From Camelus ferus (Eukaryota): DNA of 64,000 nucleotides. Each line of letters starts with the position of its first letter. Within the stretch, counting starts at the first letter, position 1. The notes beneath the pieces were generated by a model. That model was not told the origin of the DNA and searched no databases. It saw only the letters and a program-made list of their open reading frames with translations. Position numbers and translations under genes: made by a program. The stretch lies in assembly GCF_009834535.1 (NCBI RefSeq), contig NC_045696.1:38318001-38382000 (forward strand), read 5' to 3'. Positions 1 through 12,250 of this stretch are shown in pieces.

Positions 1-129
1 TCATGGCTGCCTCTTAATTCTGGCTGCTTAGTTCAATGCAACATTATCATCATTAGTCTATAGAGGTCCTCTCTTGCTTTATTTATTTAAACTTACTCCC
101 TATACACATTCCTCTTCTTTTCCATAGAC

Positions 130-1520
130 AACTATTCTGTTGAATTTGAGGTGAAAACCTTTCATTGTTATATGTTTTTAGACAATGTAAATTGTCTTAC
201 AGATGTTATTTTTGGTTTTCATAAATGATACTGTACCATAGATTTCATTTTGTTCCTTACTATTTTTTCATCAGCCCTATGTTGTAAAATCTTTATTTGT
301 TGTTGAGAGTTCATCTACTCTTTCAGTACTGACTGCTAAGAAGGTAGTATTTTGCTGTTTGGTTTCACTACAGTTCACTTACCTGCAGTGATTACATCCA
401 ACTTCCAGATACCATAAATCATGCTATGATGAGATACTTATACATTTCCAGTTATAGGCCTGATGAGTATTGCTCTAGGGTTTACATATATGTGAGTGTG
501 TGTATAAATGTGCATGTCATAATGTGTATGCATACTTAAGTACCAGAAGATTGCTCCCTATAAGCTGCAAGTGTCTGCTTTCTCATCAACAATGAATAAA
601 ATGTTGTACTTACCTCTATCTTGGCAATACTTGAAGATAAAGTTTTTTCAATTTGTCAATCTTAATGAGTCTAAAATTTTATTCCAGTGCTGTTTCAGTT
701 TCTTTAAGTTTTAATGAGTTTGTGAGTATTTTCATATTCTTCTTGGTATTATCCTATATCCTTGTGTATTTTTTTGAGTTGCTTTTTTTTTATTACTAAT
801 TTGTAAGAATTCTTCATGTAGTCTAGATATTTTTTCCTTTATAGTGATTAACACTGTAAAAACCATATCCAAATCTGTCATCTGTCAATTTTGTTCATGG
901 TCTCCTTTGTTGAGTAGAAATTCTTATTTTTATATTATCAAATTAATCAGTTTTTCACTTTATATTTTGTATTTCATCTTATTGTTCAAGAAGTTTTTCC
1001 CCAGTCCTAGATCACAAAGATATTTGTTTACACTATATAGTAACTTTATAGTTTAACCTTTCACATTTAGGTCAGTTGCCTTTGGGGATCAACCTTCTTA
1101 TAAGGGATTATATAGAAATACAGTTTTGTTTTCGTTTATATAGTGAGCCAGTTTATCTACTGAACAGCCCATCAATTGCACTATGATTTTGTATATACTG
1201 ATTATTTGATGTTTACTTTCCTATAAACATGGTCTATCTTTGAACTCTGTATTCTGTTTTATGATCCATTTGCCTCTTTTGTGCTAGTGTACAAGACTTT
1301 ATTACTGTGGAATTATAGTATATTGTAATATCAATAGGGCATCATTCTGGGACCTTTTTAAAAATGATTTACCTATTCTTGAAATGTTATCTTTTCCTAT
1401 ACTTTTTAGGATAAGTTTATTAAGTTTCTTAAAAATATTGAGCTGGTATTTATATTAGAATTGATTTAAATTATAGATAAATGTGGGTAAAATGGACATA
1501 TTTATAGGAAGTATCCCATC
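130..1520 (-). mobile_element. Ancient, highly diverged L1 (L1ME/L1MC-like) 3' fragment
   Basis: T-rich antisense-L1 texture with decayed ORF2-end motifs (e.g. GTTTAACCTTTCACATTTAGGTC, GGTATTTATATTAGAATTGATTTAAATTATAGATAAAT). Boundaries approximate. Confidence 0.6.
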
Positions 1521-1544
1521 AGTATTACAGTATCCCATCCAGAG

Positions 1545-2800
1545 TGTCACAATGTGCTTCCAGTTGTTCAGAATTTCTTTTGATACACTTACGGGGAGCC
1601 AGCTGGCAAAGCAAAAATGTGGCTCACGTTTGTATTTCTTCCTTGGAGAATTGCTTGTTTAGGTCTTCTGCCCATTTTTGGATTAGGTTGTTTGTTTCTT
1701 TCTTATTATGTCGTATGAGCTGCTTATATATTCTGGAGATCAAGCCTTTGTCGGTTTCATCATTTGCAAAAATTTTCTCTCATTCCGTAGGTTGTCGTTT
1801 TGTTTTACTTATGGTTTCCTTTGCTGTGCAGAAGCTAGTAAGTTTCATTAGGTCCCATTTGTTTATTCTTGCTTTTATTTCTGTTGCTTGGGTAGACTGC
1901 CCTAGGAGAACATTTTTAAGATGTAAGTGAGATAATATTTTGCCTATATTTTCTTCTAGGTTTATTGTATTTTGTCTTATGTTTAAGTCTTTGATCCATT
2001 TTGAGTTGATTTTTGTGTATGGTGTAAGGGAGTGTTCTAGCTTCATTGATTTACATGCTGCTGTCCAGTTTTCCCAACACCATTTGCTGAAGAGACTGTC
2101 TTTATTCCATTGTATATTCTTGCCTCCTGTTTCGAAGATTAGTTGACCAAAAGTTTGTGGGTTCATTTCTGGGCTCTCTATTCTGTTCCACTGGCCCATA
2201 TGTCTGTTTTTGTACCAATACCATGCTGTCTTGATGACTGTAGCTCTATAGTATTGTCTGAAGTCTGGGAGAGTTACTCCTCCAGCCTCTTTCTTTTTCT
2301 TCAGTAATGCTTTGGCAATTCTAGGTCTTTGATGGTTCCATATAAATTTTATTATGATTTGTTCTAGTTCGTGAAATACGAAAAAAAAAAAAAGAACATA
2401 AATACAAAACAGAGACAGACTCATAGATATAGAATACAAACTTGTGGTTGCCAAGGGGGCAGGGGGTGGGAAGGGACAGACTGGGAGTTCAAAATTTGTA
2501 GATACTGACAGGCATATGCAGAATAGATAAACAAGATTATACTGTATACATGGAAATATATACAAGATTTTATGGTAGATCACAGTGAAAAAAATGTGAC
2601 AATGAATATATGTATGTTCATGTGTAACTGAAAAATTGTGCTCTACACTGGAATTTGACACAACATTGTAAAATGACTGTAACTCAATAAAAAAATGTAA
2701 AAAAAAAAAATGTGGCTCTAGGGTCCAGTCCTAGCACCACGAAGCAGAGTACATAACGGACACCTACGAAGCTGAGAGACAGTTATTTAATAATGGCTCA
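1545..2800. mobile_element. MaLR (MLT1-type) LTR fragment split by the L1 insertion at 1626-2705
   Basis: GGGGAGCCAGCTGGCAAAGCAAAAATGTGG left of the L1 continues as ...CCAGTCCTAGCACCACGAAGCAGAGTACA...GCTGAGAGACA on the right, resembling MLT1J/K-type consensus from memory. Confidence 0.55.
1626..2705 (+). mobile_element. Young 5'-inverted (twin-primed) L1: inverted ORF2 piece 1626-~2380 (-) joined to sense 3' UTR + poly(A) ~2381-2705 (+)
   Basis: Minus-strand translation [22 protein letters not shown]...[19 protein letters not shown]...KWCWENW...KRQPTE is L1 ORF2. The + part has AATAAA (2686-2691) and an A tail. Perfect 13-bp TSD AAAAATGTGGCTC at 1613-1625 and 2706-2718. Confidence 0.93.
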
Positions 2801-3296
2801 GATAAGTTTTAACTGTTTCTTAAAAGTTTGGTTGAATTTGTGTAAGTCCACATTTCTGCTCCCAAGTTGGTGTGAGCCACATTTTTGTTGGTGGTGCTAT
2901 TGCTATTACATTTTGTGGGGGAGCGATTTATTAATTTTTTGTAGTAAATAAGGTTGTTTTACTTTTATTATCAGAAGTATGTAAATTTTCTAGAACTATT
3001 TAGTAAAGACTTCAGTTTTTTGTGCTTGGAAACTATATTTTTAATAATGAATTTATGCTTACACATAGAGTATATATTCTATCCCTCGTATAAGCATAAA
3101 ATGAGAGAAAATTGAAAACTTTACTAACCTTAAAGAATTATTTAAGAAATCTTCAAAAATCTTCAAGAAAATTCACTGATTATCCCTTCTTTGAGAAATA
3201 ACCATTTTTTTAAGAGTTCTTTCTTCAGCTCTATGTGGATGTGTCTATACTTTCTCTGTGAATATTGTTATTACATAACATGGTTATAACACATGG

Positions 3297-3375
3297 GTTA
3301 TATAATATTATATAATATTATATAATAAATTACATATAATTATTAGATAATAAATTACATATTTTATTATTAAAT
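3297..3375. repeat. AT-rich low-complexity tandem (TTATATAATA-like units)
   Basis: Directly visible repeated TATAATATTA units. Confidence 0.7.
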
Positions 3376-4585
3376 AATGTTTTTCAAAATGGAAATATCA
3401 TTAACTCATTTTTTATATTTCAATTTTTCCACTTACTATACTATTAAGCCATTATTCTAAGTCATTAAATGTCCTTTACAAAATGGATTTTAATGATTGA
3501 ATGACATTCTATCATTTAACTATTCCACAGTTGTTATTTAAAACTTGTGATTTCCAGAAGTGGAATTACTAAATCATAGCTTAAATACCTTAGAATTCTC
3601 AAAAATATTGCCAAGTTTTTCATGGTTGGTACGCATCCGATGCCAGTATTTTTTCCAGGAAGTCCTTTTACTCTTTACTCTTTTGGATTATTCTGTTTTA
3701 GTTGTTACCCTTATTAGCAATATGCAGTTGTGTAACACTTGTTCTTTTGTGTGTGGTGGTTGTATGTGTGTGTGTGTGTGTTAATTATTGGAAGACCCTT
3801 TGTCTTGCCAAGCACTTTGATATATTTTTGTATTAATTTGGAAACAGGAGACAGTGGGGCTGAATACTGAATAGTAAAAGAGATGAATCTGATATGTTTG
3901 AAGAAAATTTGGAATGAGGAGAGTGAATCCACAGCTATGTGTGGGATTCTATTGTGCAGTACAGTTGCATTTTGTTTATTATAAAATCTTTGAGTCCTTT
4001 TAAAAGTGGATATTTAACAATTATTGTTTGATAACTGACATGAATATTTTGACTTCTGTCAAGAGATATTTAACACCTCCTAATTATATGCTGGTTTACA
4101 ATTTGTCTTCTCACTCCCCTTACGACTTTTTTTTCTGAAATTTTTTTCTATATATTACTTTATTGTATTTCTACTTTCTCAGACATTTATATTCATTGAT
4201 TTTTTCTATTAACTTATAAACAGTTGCATTTTGCTTAAATTATTGCTCTAAATATGAACTATTTTTAGTATATGTTAGATCTTTTAAGTATACGTTAGAG
4301 ATGATTCTGATTTTGAATATAAGCCACTTAACTGTGGGAACCATATCTCTTTGAGTATATGTAGTACTTAATTCCATGTCCTTTTAATTTTGAGCTACTT
4401 AGGAAATGTATGATGTTTTGCTTATTGGATTTATGAATTGTAAATTTTCATAGAAAATGTAATGTAACCATAACAAAATATATGTGAAGAGAAGTAAGAT
4501 ATTTTTCATGTACTTTGAGAATATATCATATATAAAGTATTTTAATAGTGTGTATTGGTAACACTTTCATGTTCTTCTGTCTCTT

Positions 4586-4913
4586 TTTTTAAAAATTTTA
4601 TTTTATTGAGTTATAGTCAGTTTACACTGTTGTGTCAATTTCCAGTGTAGAGCACAATTTTTCAGTTACACATAAACATACATATATTCATTGTCACATT
4701 CTTTTTCACCATGTGCTACCACAAGATCTTATATATATTTCCCTGTGCTATACAGTATAATCTTGTTGACCTATTCTATATATACCTGTCAGTACCTACA
4801 AATTTTGAACCCCCAGTCTGTCCCTTCCCACCCTTCTCCCCACTGGAAACCACAAGTTTGTATTCTATGTCTATGAGTCTGTTTCTGTTTTGTATCTGTG
4901 CTCATTTGTCTTT
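4586..4913 (-). mobile_element. Young L1, 3'-UTR-only insertion
   Basis: Reverse complement of the same 3' UTR seen at 2394-2700 and 24740-25040, with poly-T at the left. 14-bp TSD TTCTTCTGTCTCTT (4572-4585) / TTCTTCCGTCTCTT (4914-4927), one CpG-type mismatch. TT/AAGA endonuclease-type site on the minus strand. Confidence 0.92.
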
Positions 4914-6099
4914 TTCTTCCGTCTCTTAATTAATATTCAATTAATCAGAAGTGTGCATTATATTTAACATCCACCCAGTTATTTTTGTCTGCTACAAAGC
5001 ACCTAAGTGCAAAAGTACCTAAGATCATTGGTTCTATATCATATATTTCAGAGCTAAAAGAATTATGTTCCCAAGATAACCTTAAGACTCTTTGTGATGT
5101 ATAATAAAGTTTTTTTATTACTATGCTAACAACAATTTTAGTTTATTATTCTATGGAATATAATATGTAATATCCAGGGATAGGTTATTTTCTTTGAAGT
5201 TTGCAAGGTGAATAGTGTTAAGTATTGTTATTTGGCTGGCTGCAAATATAATTTTGCCCTTTTTTTCTCCTAAGAAAAATTAATGAAACTTTTTCTAAAG
5301 ATTATTTGAAATAGGGTAAGTTTATTACACTGTCTGGCTTATTGCACACTGATGATTGTGTCAAATCCTATTTAAAACCATGCAGTTCTTTTAAACAGTC
5401 TTACAGAAAGAATACATCTAAAATATACTCTAGGTAATTAATAATTTGTGAGATTAAAAATGGGGTGTAGGGGAAAAATTCCTAACTTAGGTCAGCAGTA
5501 TAAAACTTCCCTCTAGTACAATTTGATATTCTAAAATAATTAATTGGAAATCAGTGCCACAGAGTTACTTAAAAAGAATAGTACCTATGCTTTTATAGTT
5601 TTCCCACTGTATATATGCAGTTACATGATGTGTTTAAGGTTCTTTAAATACAGATATGCCACAGAAAATTATTATAACCTATCATGATTTTATGCAAATC
5701 AGACATTCATTTATGGCACATGTAATTTATATCTTTAAATCAAGTTAAGGTAGACAAATCTCAGCTTGAAGCTGTTGGAGTGACAGGTGATCATTAGATA
5801 CAGTTTCACTTGTAGGATTCGGATGTCAAGCAAACTTTGACCTACCAGGGACCATTCCTATGGAACTGTAGGCCTGGGTAGAGTTAAAATTTTAATTAAA
5901 TTGTGAAGGTCTAATATATTTTGAAAAACAAAGTCAAAGTAGGTATCCTTTCGAAGTGCTAAACAACGTTAATGGGCCAGAACATGAACGGAGAAGTATG
6001 TATAGAATCATCTTCTTACCTTGAAAGAATCTCTGCAAGTTTATAGTTAAAAAGCAAATCTTTTCGGATTTCTTTGTGAAGATTGTGCTTCTGTCCACA

Positions 6100-6300
6100 T
6101 TAGCACTCCACCAAACCTTGTTTTATTGATCATAGTTGCCATAACTTCTCTTACCAAACCAGTAAATATTGGATTGTCTTTATTTTACTGGACCTTTCAG
6201 CAGCATTTGATGATTGATATGGTTAAATACTTTCTTCTTCATTAATCATTTTGTTCTGCAATGTGTACAGAGCCTCACACTCCTAGGGATTTCCTCTCCC
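6100..6300 (+). mobile_element. L2 internal fragment
   Basis: TTTACTGGACCTTTCAGCAGCATTTGA resembles the L2 RT motif region (LLDLSAAFD). Confidence 0.55.
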
Positions 6301-6628
6301 CACTTGAATTAACATGTATGGTTTGAATATTCATTTATTTCATACATTATGTTTGTAAGAATTACCAATTCATAATATAATATACTTAAATATTATAACT
6401 TCTAGTTAAAATAGAAAGTTAATCAGAGTCAGGGTTGTAGACTTTATTAGTAATTAGAGCAAAGACAGATAATCTAACTGGATCAATAAATAGTCATTTT
6501 TATATTGAAGTACTCTATTAAAGAATATTCTAAGCTGCTTGGATGTAATGTCACTTATTCATTCTCTCTCTCACCTGATGCAGACATGTATTCTTAATAG
6601 CATTTTCCTCTTTCTCCTCCCTCCATCT

Positions 6629-6633
<5 letters not shown>

Positions 6634-6683
<50 letters not shown>
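6634..6683. repeat. Perfect (AC)25 microsatellite
   Basis: Counted directly. Confidence 0.97.
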
Positions 6684-6684
<1 letters not shown>

Positions 6685-6979
6685 ACCTTTCAGTTCTAAG
6701 CCTGAATCTTTATCCTAACTTAAAATCTTGTGCACTAGCATAATGCTGACTGAATCAACTGGTGTTTGCAGGCTTCAGTTAATTCCTCTGGTATTTCTCT
6801 GTGCAGCTAAGTCATTATGAAAGCTCTAAAATTGGTTGATAAGTTTAAGAGGGAGCTGAAAGTTTATATCTCTCAATAATGTGTGATATTTAGAATCTGG
6901 ATAGAAGAAATAGTAGTCTCTTATTAGTGGAAGTTTTCTGAATTGTTTTAGTTAGAATTCAAGCCTTCTAGCATCTGTT

Positions 6980-7095
6980 TCTATATTTAGCAAATATTAA
7001 GAACCTACTGTGATCTTGCTTTGTATTCTCCTGGTGCTAGGAATACTATAATGAGCAAAACAAAGTCTCTGCCCTCATAGAGATTACATTGTACT
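6980..7095 (-). mobile_element. L2 3'-end fragment
   Basis: CAAATATTAAGAACCTACTGTG...GGTGCTAGGAATACT...AAAGTCTCTGCCCTCATAGAGATTACATT is the typical antisense L2 tail. Confidence 0.65.
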
Positions 7096-8933
7096 TAAAT
7101 TTATTTTAGTTCAGAGCCTCCATATGGGTCAGTAGGACTCTCCAGATTCATGTGGTAGTGATTCTTCTGTTTTCTTTGAAAACTCTGATCTGTTCCCTTC
7201 TCTAAGTCAATTTCCTCATCCATAAAACCCAGATAATATGCTTTATTATTTCTACCATATAGGAATGAAATTAAAAATGGTTTGTAAGGTTATTTTTACA
7301 TGCCTTCTGTATTTGTGAAGTCCTGTGGAAACTAGCATGGTAGTCATGTATTGTTGAACATAATAAAGAACAATTTAGATGAATATTTTCCATATCTTTA
7401 TTGTAAAAATCCTATTCAAACATGATGTTTGCAGCACCTTATTTATTGGTTGAGTGAAAATCTTTACTTTTTTTGCCAATTAAAGCTTACAGACATTCAG
7501 AAGATGGATTCTGTCTAAGAATTTTCAATCTTCATGAATATGTGACAGTTTTTTTATGGGAAGAATCATTCCTTCTTAATGGAAATTACCCTTCTTGCTA
7601 TAATATTTTGGTCCTGTTAATAGGACAAATGCAACAAAAGTTATAAATTTATTTATAAAACTTACTGAGTCTCAATAATTGTCTTCCAGATATGCCATTG
7701 AGTTCTTGATTTTTTTTATTAAATGTCTTTGTACTGCTAATAAAAATGTTTTATGTTTGCCCAAAATGAAACAGAAATGTATCTGCACATGATGCATTTT
7801 GCTTCTTGTTTTTATCTCCGAAGCTAGTTATTTAAATGCAGAGCCTTCACTTTTCTGCTGCAAAAACAGATTTATGTTATTAACTACATGCCTAGCAGCA
7901 GAATTCAGGGCACTAATTTTCTAAGTTTACGTCAGTATATTGACTCAAAGTGAATGTTTTAAGTGGTTCTGAGGAAAATATCCACTTTAGAATAAGAAGG
8001 TCCCTTTAACAAGCTTTTCTTTGGTTGAGAATATTAGATGCTTATGATTTAAAAATTAAACCACTACAGGTTACATAATGAGATGCCTATGTACATTCAA
8101 CCACTTTAGTTTATTTGGATTATGCAAGGTAAAAGTTAGAATGTTTAGAACAAATCAAATATATGCCATTTTACCAAATGAAGACTTCTTTTCATTCTCA
8201 CCTCTTCTATTTTTATTATTCTTAGAATGAAGTTGAAGATTTTCTTCCCCTGCCTTGCTCCCTTTCTCATTTTAATCTAGTTTAATCTTCAGGAATAATT
8301 AGTTACAACGACATACCACAAAAACCCTTGGAAACAAGTTACACAGGGAACCTAACTTGGAATTATAGATTTATCATGATTTTGTTGTTGTTTCTTTGTT
8401 TCATTTAAATCTACCTTTAGATTATCTTTTACTTTTGGAAAAAAATCTGAATAATGATAAGCTATTTCATTGTTTTTATTAATTTGTCATCTACCAGTAG
8501 TAATGCTAGCTAGTTTTAAGTCACTTGGTCTTTTGGATTCAATATCTTTGAAATTATCTTTTGATATATTCTATTTCCTTTTCATATTTTCCCTTTGTAT
8601 ATTTATCATAATTACATTTTAAAGAAATAAAAGTAAAAAAAAAATATTTTTACCGCATAGTTATCTCCTTTTTAGCCTATAGCTAGGACCTGTTACAAAT
8701 GGAGGCAGAAATAAGTTTTAGACTTACTAATTTTAATATTAGAATGCATGTGGTTTTTAAAAAGGCAGACAGAGAAAAGCAAAGAAAGGAAAGTGATATT
8801 ACACACATATAAATAAGTACTTACTCATTAGGAAGCACAGATAAAGGTAAAAACCAGAATATTTTTCTGTGTCTCTTTTTACAATGCTTCCTTCCCTAGT
8901 CTCTATTATCAGCATATTTAACACTATTGTTTT

Positions 8934-9706
8934 GGTTTTTTTTTAAATTATTTTTGGTGTTGTTGAAGTATAGTCATTTTACAATGTTGTGTCAGTTTCT
9001 GGTGTGCAGCATAATGTTTCAGTCATACATACACATACATATATTCATTTTCATATACTTTTCATTGTAAGTTACTACAAGATACTGAATACAGTTAGTC
9101 CCCTGTGCTATACAGTAGAAACTTGTTTATTTTACATATAGTAGTTATTATTTGCAAATCTCAAGCTCCCAATTTATTCCTTCCCACCCGTTTTACCCCG
9201 GTAACCATAAGTTTGTCTGTGAGCCTATTTCTGTTTTGTAAGTTCATCTGTGTCTTTTTTTTTTTAATTCCACATATGAGTGATATCTTATGGTATTTTC
9301 CTTACTTCATTTTGAATGACAATCTCCAGGTCCATTTATGTTGCTACAAATGTCATTATTTTATTCTTTTTTATGGCCGAGTAGTATTCCACTATATTAA
9401 TGGCTTAAATACTTATGCGTAATACAAGACACTATAAATCTCCTAGAAGAAAACATAGTTAAAACATTTTCTGACATAAATCTTGGCAGTATTCTCCTAG
9501 GCAGCCTACCTAGGCAGTGGAAATAAAAGCAAAAATAAACAAATGGGACCTAATTAAACTTACAAGTTTTGCACAGCAAGGGAAACCATAAGCAAAACAA
9601 AAAGACAACCTATGGAATGGGAGAAAATATTTGCAAATGATGCAACTGGCAAGGGCTTAATTTCTAGAATTTATAAATAGCTCATACAATTTAGTAACAA
9701 AATAAC
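8934..9706 (-). mobile_element. Second 5'-inverted L1 (older subfamily): 3' UTR + ORF2 end 8934-~9396 (-) joined to inverted ORF2 piece ~9398-9706 (+)
   Basis: Left part is an antisense L1 3' end (poly-T, ...GGCCGAGTAGTATTCCA). Right part is sense ORF2 (CTCCTAGAAGAAAACATAG...AAATGGGACCTAATTAAACTT...GGAATGGGAGAAAATATTTGCAAA). Only a weak TSD candidate ATTGTTTT (8926-8933 / 9707-9714). Confidence 0.85.
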
Positions 9707-10262
9707 ATTGTTTTTTAATTATTTTTTATTTTTTTTCCTTAAATCAGACCAGCCCTGCAGTTGTTTAGGGTTCTGAGATATCTAGGGTATGATTTTTTCC
9801 CCCTCTCTTTTCTGTTTGGATATATGGAGGTAAGCATGTTAATATGAAAGTAAATGCTCTTTTCCTTGGTTACAAATTTTCTTGAGCTATGGACTTTGAG
9901 TAAGTTTCAGGACTTATCACTGTTATTTAAAAATACAATTATTTTTTCCAACAGCCTTCTCTATGCTGAGAAATAGATAATCTGCTTTTATTATAAAATT
10001 TCAAAGTTTATTTTTGAAATAAATGTTTATATTCCTGTTGAATTCTAAGGATTTTCAGAGGAAAGAAGGTATAAATATGAGAGGTTCATGTTAGACCTTT
10101 CAATGTTTAGGTCAGTTTACCAGCAAATTACCTGAATATTCTTGCCTAGAAAGGCTATTTGATTGCTTTATTTTGTTCTTCGAGAAAAGAAAGCAATCTG
10201 ATTCCACAATGACTGCCAGTTGCTTTAGGAATTAATTTCCTTGTTCTTACTTTCTATGCCCA

Positions 10263-10322
10263 AAAGGAATCTAGCTTTTGACCTAGTTTATTAAAGGAAT
10301 CTAGCTTTTGACCTAGTTTATT
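10263..10322. repeat. Perfect 30-bp tandem duplication
   Basis: AAAGGAATCTAGCTTTTGACCTAGTTTATT x2. Confidence 0.97.
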
Positions 10323-10906
10323 TAGCTTGCTTTAGAAACAAAAATTCACTCTGTATAGGTGGAGATGGGTTTTTAGAAAACCCTCAGGCACAAATGGATT
10401 AAGTACTGTTCATAGCTCTTTACATTTCCTATCACTTCTAACAAAGATTCATTTTAAATGGGACTGCCGAAGAGATCCATCAATGAAGAAATACTCTTAG
10501 GTGATATACAGCACTTATATGTGCTAAATTTTTGGCAACCTGAGCCTAATACCAAGTGTTTTCCAGTGGCTAAAACTTCCTGCCTCTATTTAAGACAGTC
10601 ACACATATAACTTACTCTTTGGTTTGAAATACATACATAAATATGTACATAAACCTTGTAACCACAGAATTGTATGATGAACTAATCAAACCTGTCATTG
10701 GGTCTGCTGTTAAGTTGGTCAATTTGATCAGCTACTTGCTGTTACAAAATAGAAACTGAACTTGAAATATTCCAACTCCCCCATCTAATACTGTTTTTTA
10801 ATTTTTTAATACTTTCATACAAGACTTAAAATGTCAATATATGAAATAATTCGCTGCTATATAATATAGAAAAAAGCTCAGTAAAGCAAAACTCAACATA
10901 TACCTG

Positions 10907-11277
10907 TGTTAAAAGATAAACTGAGGCATATTAAAATTTCTAAGAGTTTATTTGAGCTAACATCAGTTTGAATCAGGCAGCATCAAACTAAAAGTGGTAG
11001 GGTTGCTTTGCCAACGGGAGCTAGGGGAAAGTATTTTATACTGGCAGACATGGAAGCAAAGCAAGGAAATTATTTGATTGGCTATGACTTAAGTGGTTAC
11101 CTCATTTGGAAAAGGCTAGTTGGCTATTTGTGATTGATTGTTTTGGGGTTTTGATTTCCTAACCTTGGAGCATTTATAGGAATTTATTGTAGCTTAGGTT
11201 TGAGTTTGCTTACATCAGGCTGCCAAGGCATTGGAGCCACTTCAGTCTAATAGCTCCCTTGTTTAATTACTTTAATA
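10907..11277 (-). mobile_element. Solo ERV1-class LTR
   Basis: TGTTAAAA...TTTAATA termini, antisense poly(A) signal TTTATT near the left end, antisense CCAAT (ATTGG), possible 4-bp TSD CCTG/CATG. Confidence 0.65.
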
Positions 11278-11569
11278 CATGCTTCTGCAGGGTAGACTAT
11301 CTTGCAAACTGTATTTGCTTTTATGGCTGGATAAGTAGAACAGAGAGCTTCCTCTGGCTAATAGTCATCTTTATGAGTCCTTTTCTTTGGATCAAGGAGA
11401 GGATATACGAATTACATGGGATGAACAGAAAAGCTTTGTCGCTTGGAATGTCTTGCTCAATGAAAACTTTTGATTAAGCCAGAGTCAGCTGCCTTCCAAA
11501 GAGTTGCCAGGAGAATTAGCTCATGAACCATATAGCTGTTTGTTCTAAGAATGTAAATGTTGATAATGG

Positions 11570-12085
11570 TATGGTAACGTCAACGTGGCCACAGGAGGAA
11601 ACAAGAATTACAGTCTGAAGGGAGAAGTCTGTTATACTCACAGGTTCCAGGAAGGAGATCATTGATGCCATGCAGGGCCACAGGGAAGCAGTGAGTTTTG
11701 GTCAAGTGACAGAAGACAGGAGTGAGGGGAAAGACTCAGCCAGAGTCTTAATTGGAGTTTCTGTGGGAAATGCAAGGCAGGGCAGAGTAAACAGTTTTGG
11801 ATTGCCTCATTTGCATGATTCCTGCAGGTTTGGGGCTATAGGAGTAGTCTCTAGTTGGTACCTGGCCTTGGGATGATTTAGGGCAGAAGAAATACTGACT
11901 TGGTGTGTGAGTTAGATAAGGAAGTCGTTGGGCCTGTAGACTCAGGTTTGGTTGGTTTGCATATGAAAGATCCGCTCTAGGCCTAGAGCCTTTTGCTATC
12001 TCTAAGAATTGACTAGCCCTGGGAGGGGTAGTCTCCCCCAGGCCAACAAGTCACCAGCAAAATGTCATGAAATACAGAAAATAAA
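11570..12085 (-). mobile_element. ERVL-class LTR (MER74/LTR53-like)
   Basis: GCCATGCAGGGCCACAGGGAAG...GGTGTGTGAGTTAGATAAGGA...GGTTGGTTTGCATATGAAAG...GCTATCTCTAAGAATTG matches my recollection of this family. Confidence 0.6.
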
Positions 12086-12099
12086 GTTAGAAAGCCTGT

Positions 12100-12250
12100 T
12101 TCCTGTCCTTGGCCCACACAGTTCCTAAGTATTTAATTCTTTATCAGTAATGTAGAAATGAAAATATCTGTCTCACTTTATTGGATTGATGAGAACCAAA
12201 TGAGTTAACATTTGTGAAAAAGCTTTGACGATATAAATTCAGTATACAAA
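12100..12250 (+). mobile_element. MIR SINE fragment
   Basis: Core-like GATGAGAACCAAATGAGTTAACATTTGTGAAAAAGCTTTG. Confidence 0.55.

Noticed and set aside
1544..2146. Hydrophobic plus-strand ORFs (128 and 68 aa), and similar ones at 4691-4929, 9105-9422, 24508-24946
   Set aside because: Translations of antisense L1 sequence.
1780..2661. 293-aa minus-strand ORF, the longest in the window
   Set aside because: Chance in-frame fusion of antisense L1 3' UTR to an ORF2 fragment across the inversion junction; non-ATG start and no sign of being a gene.
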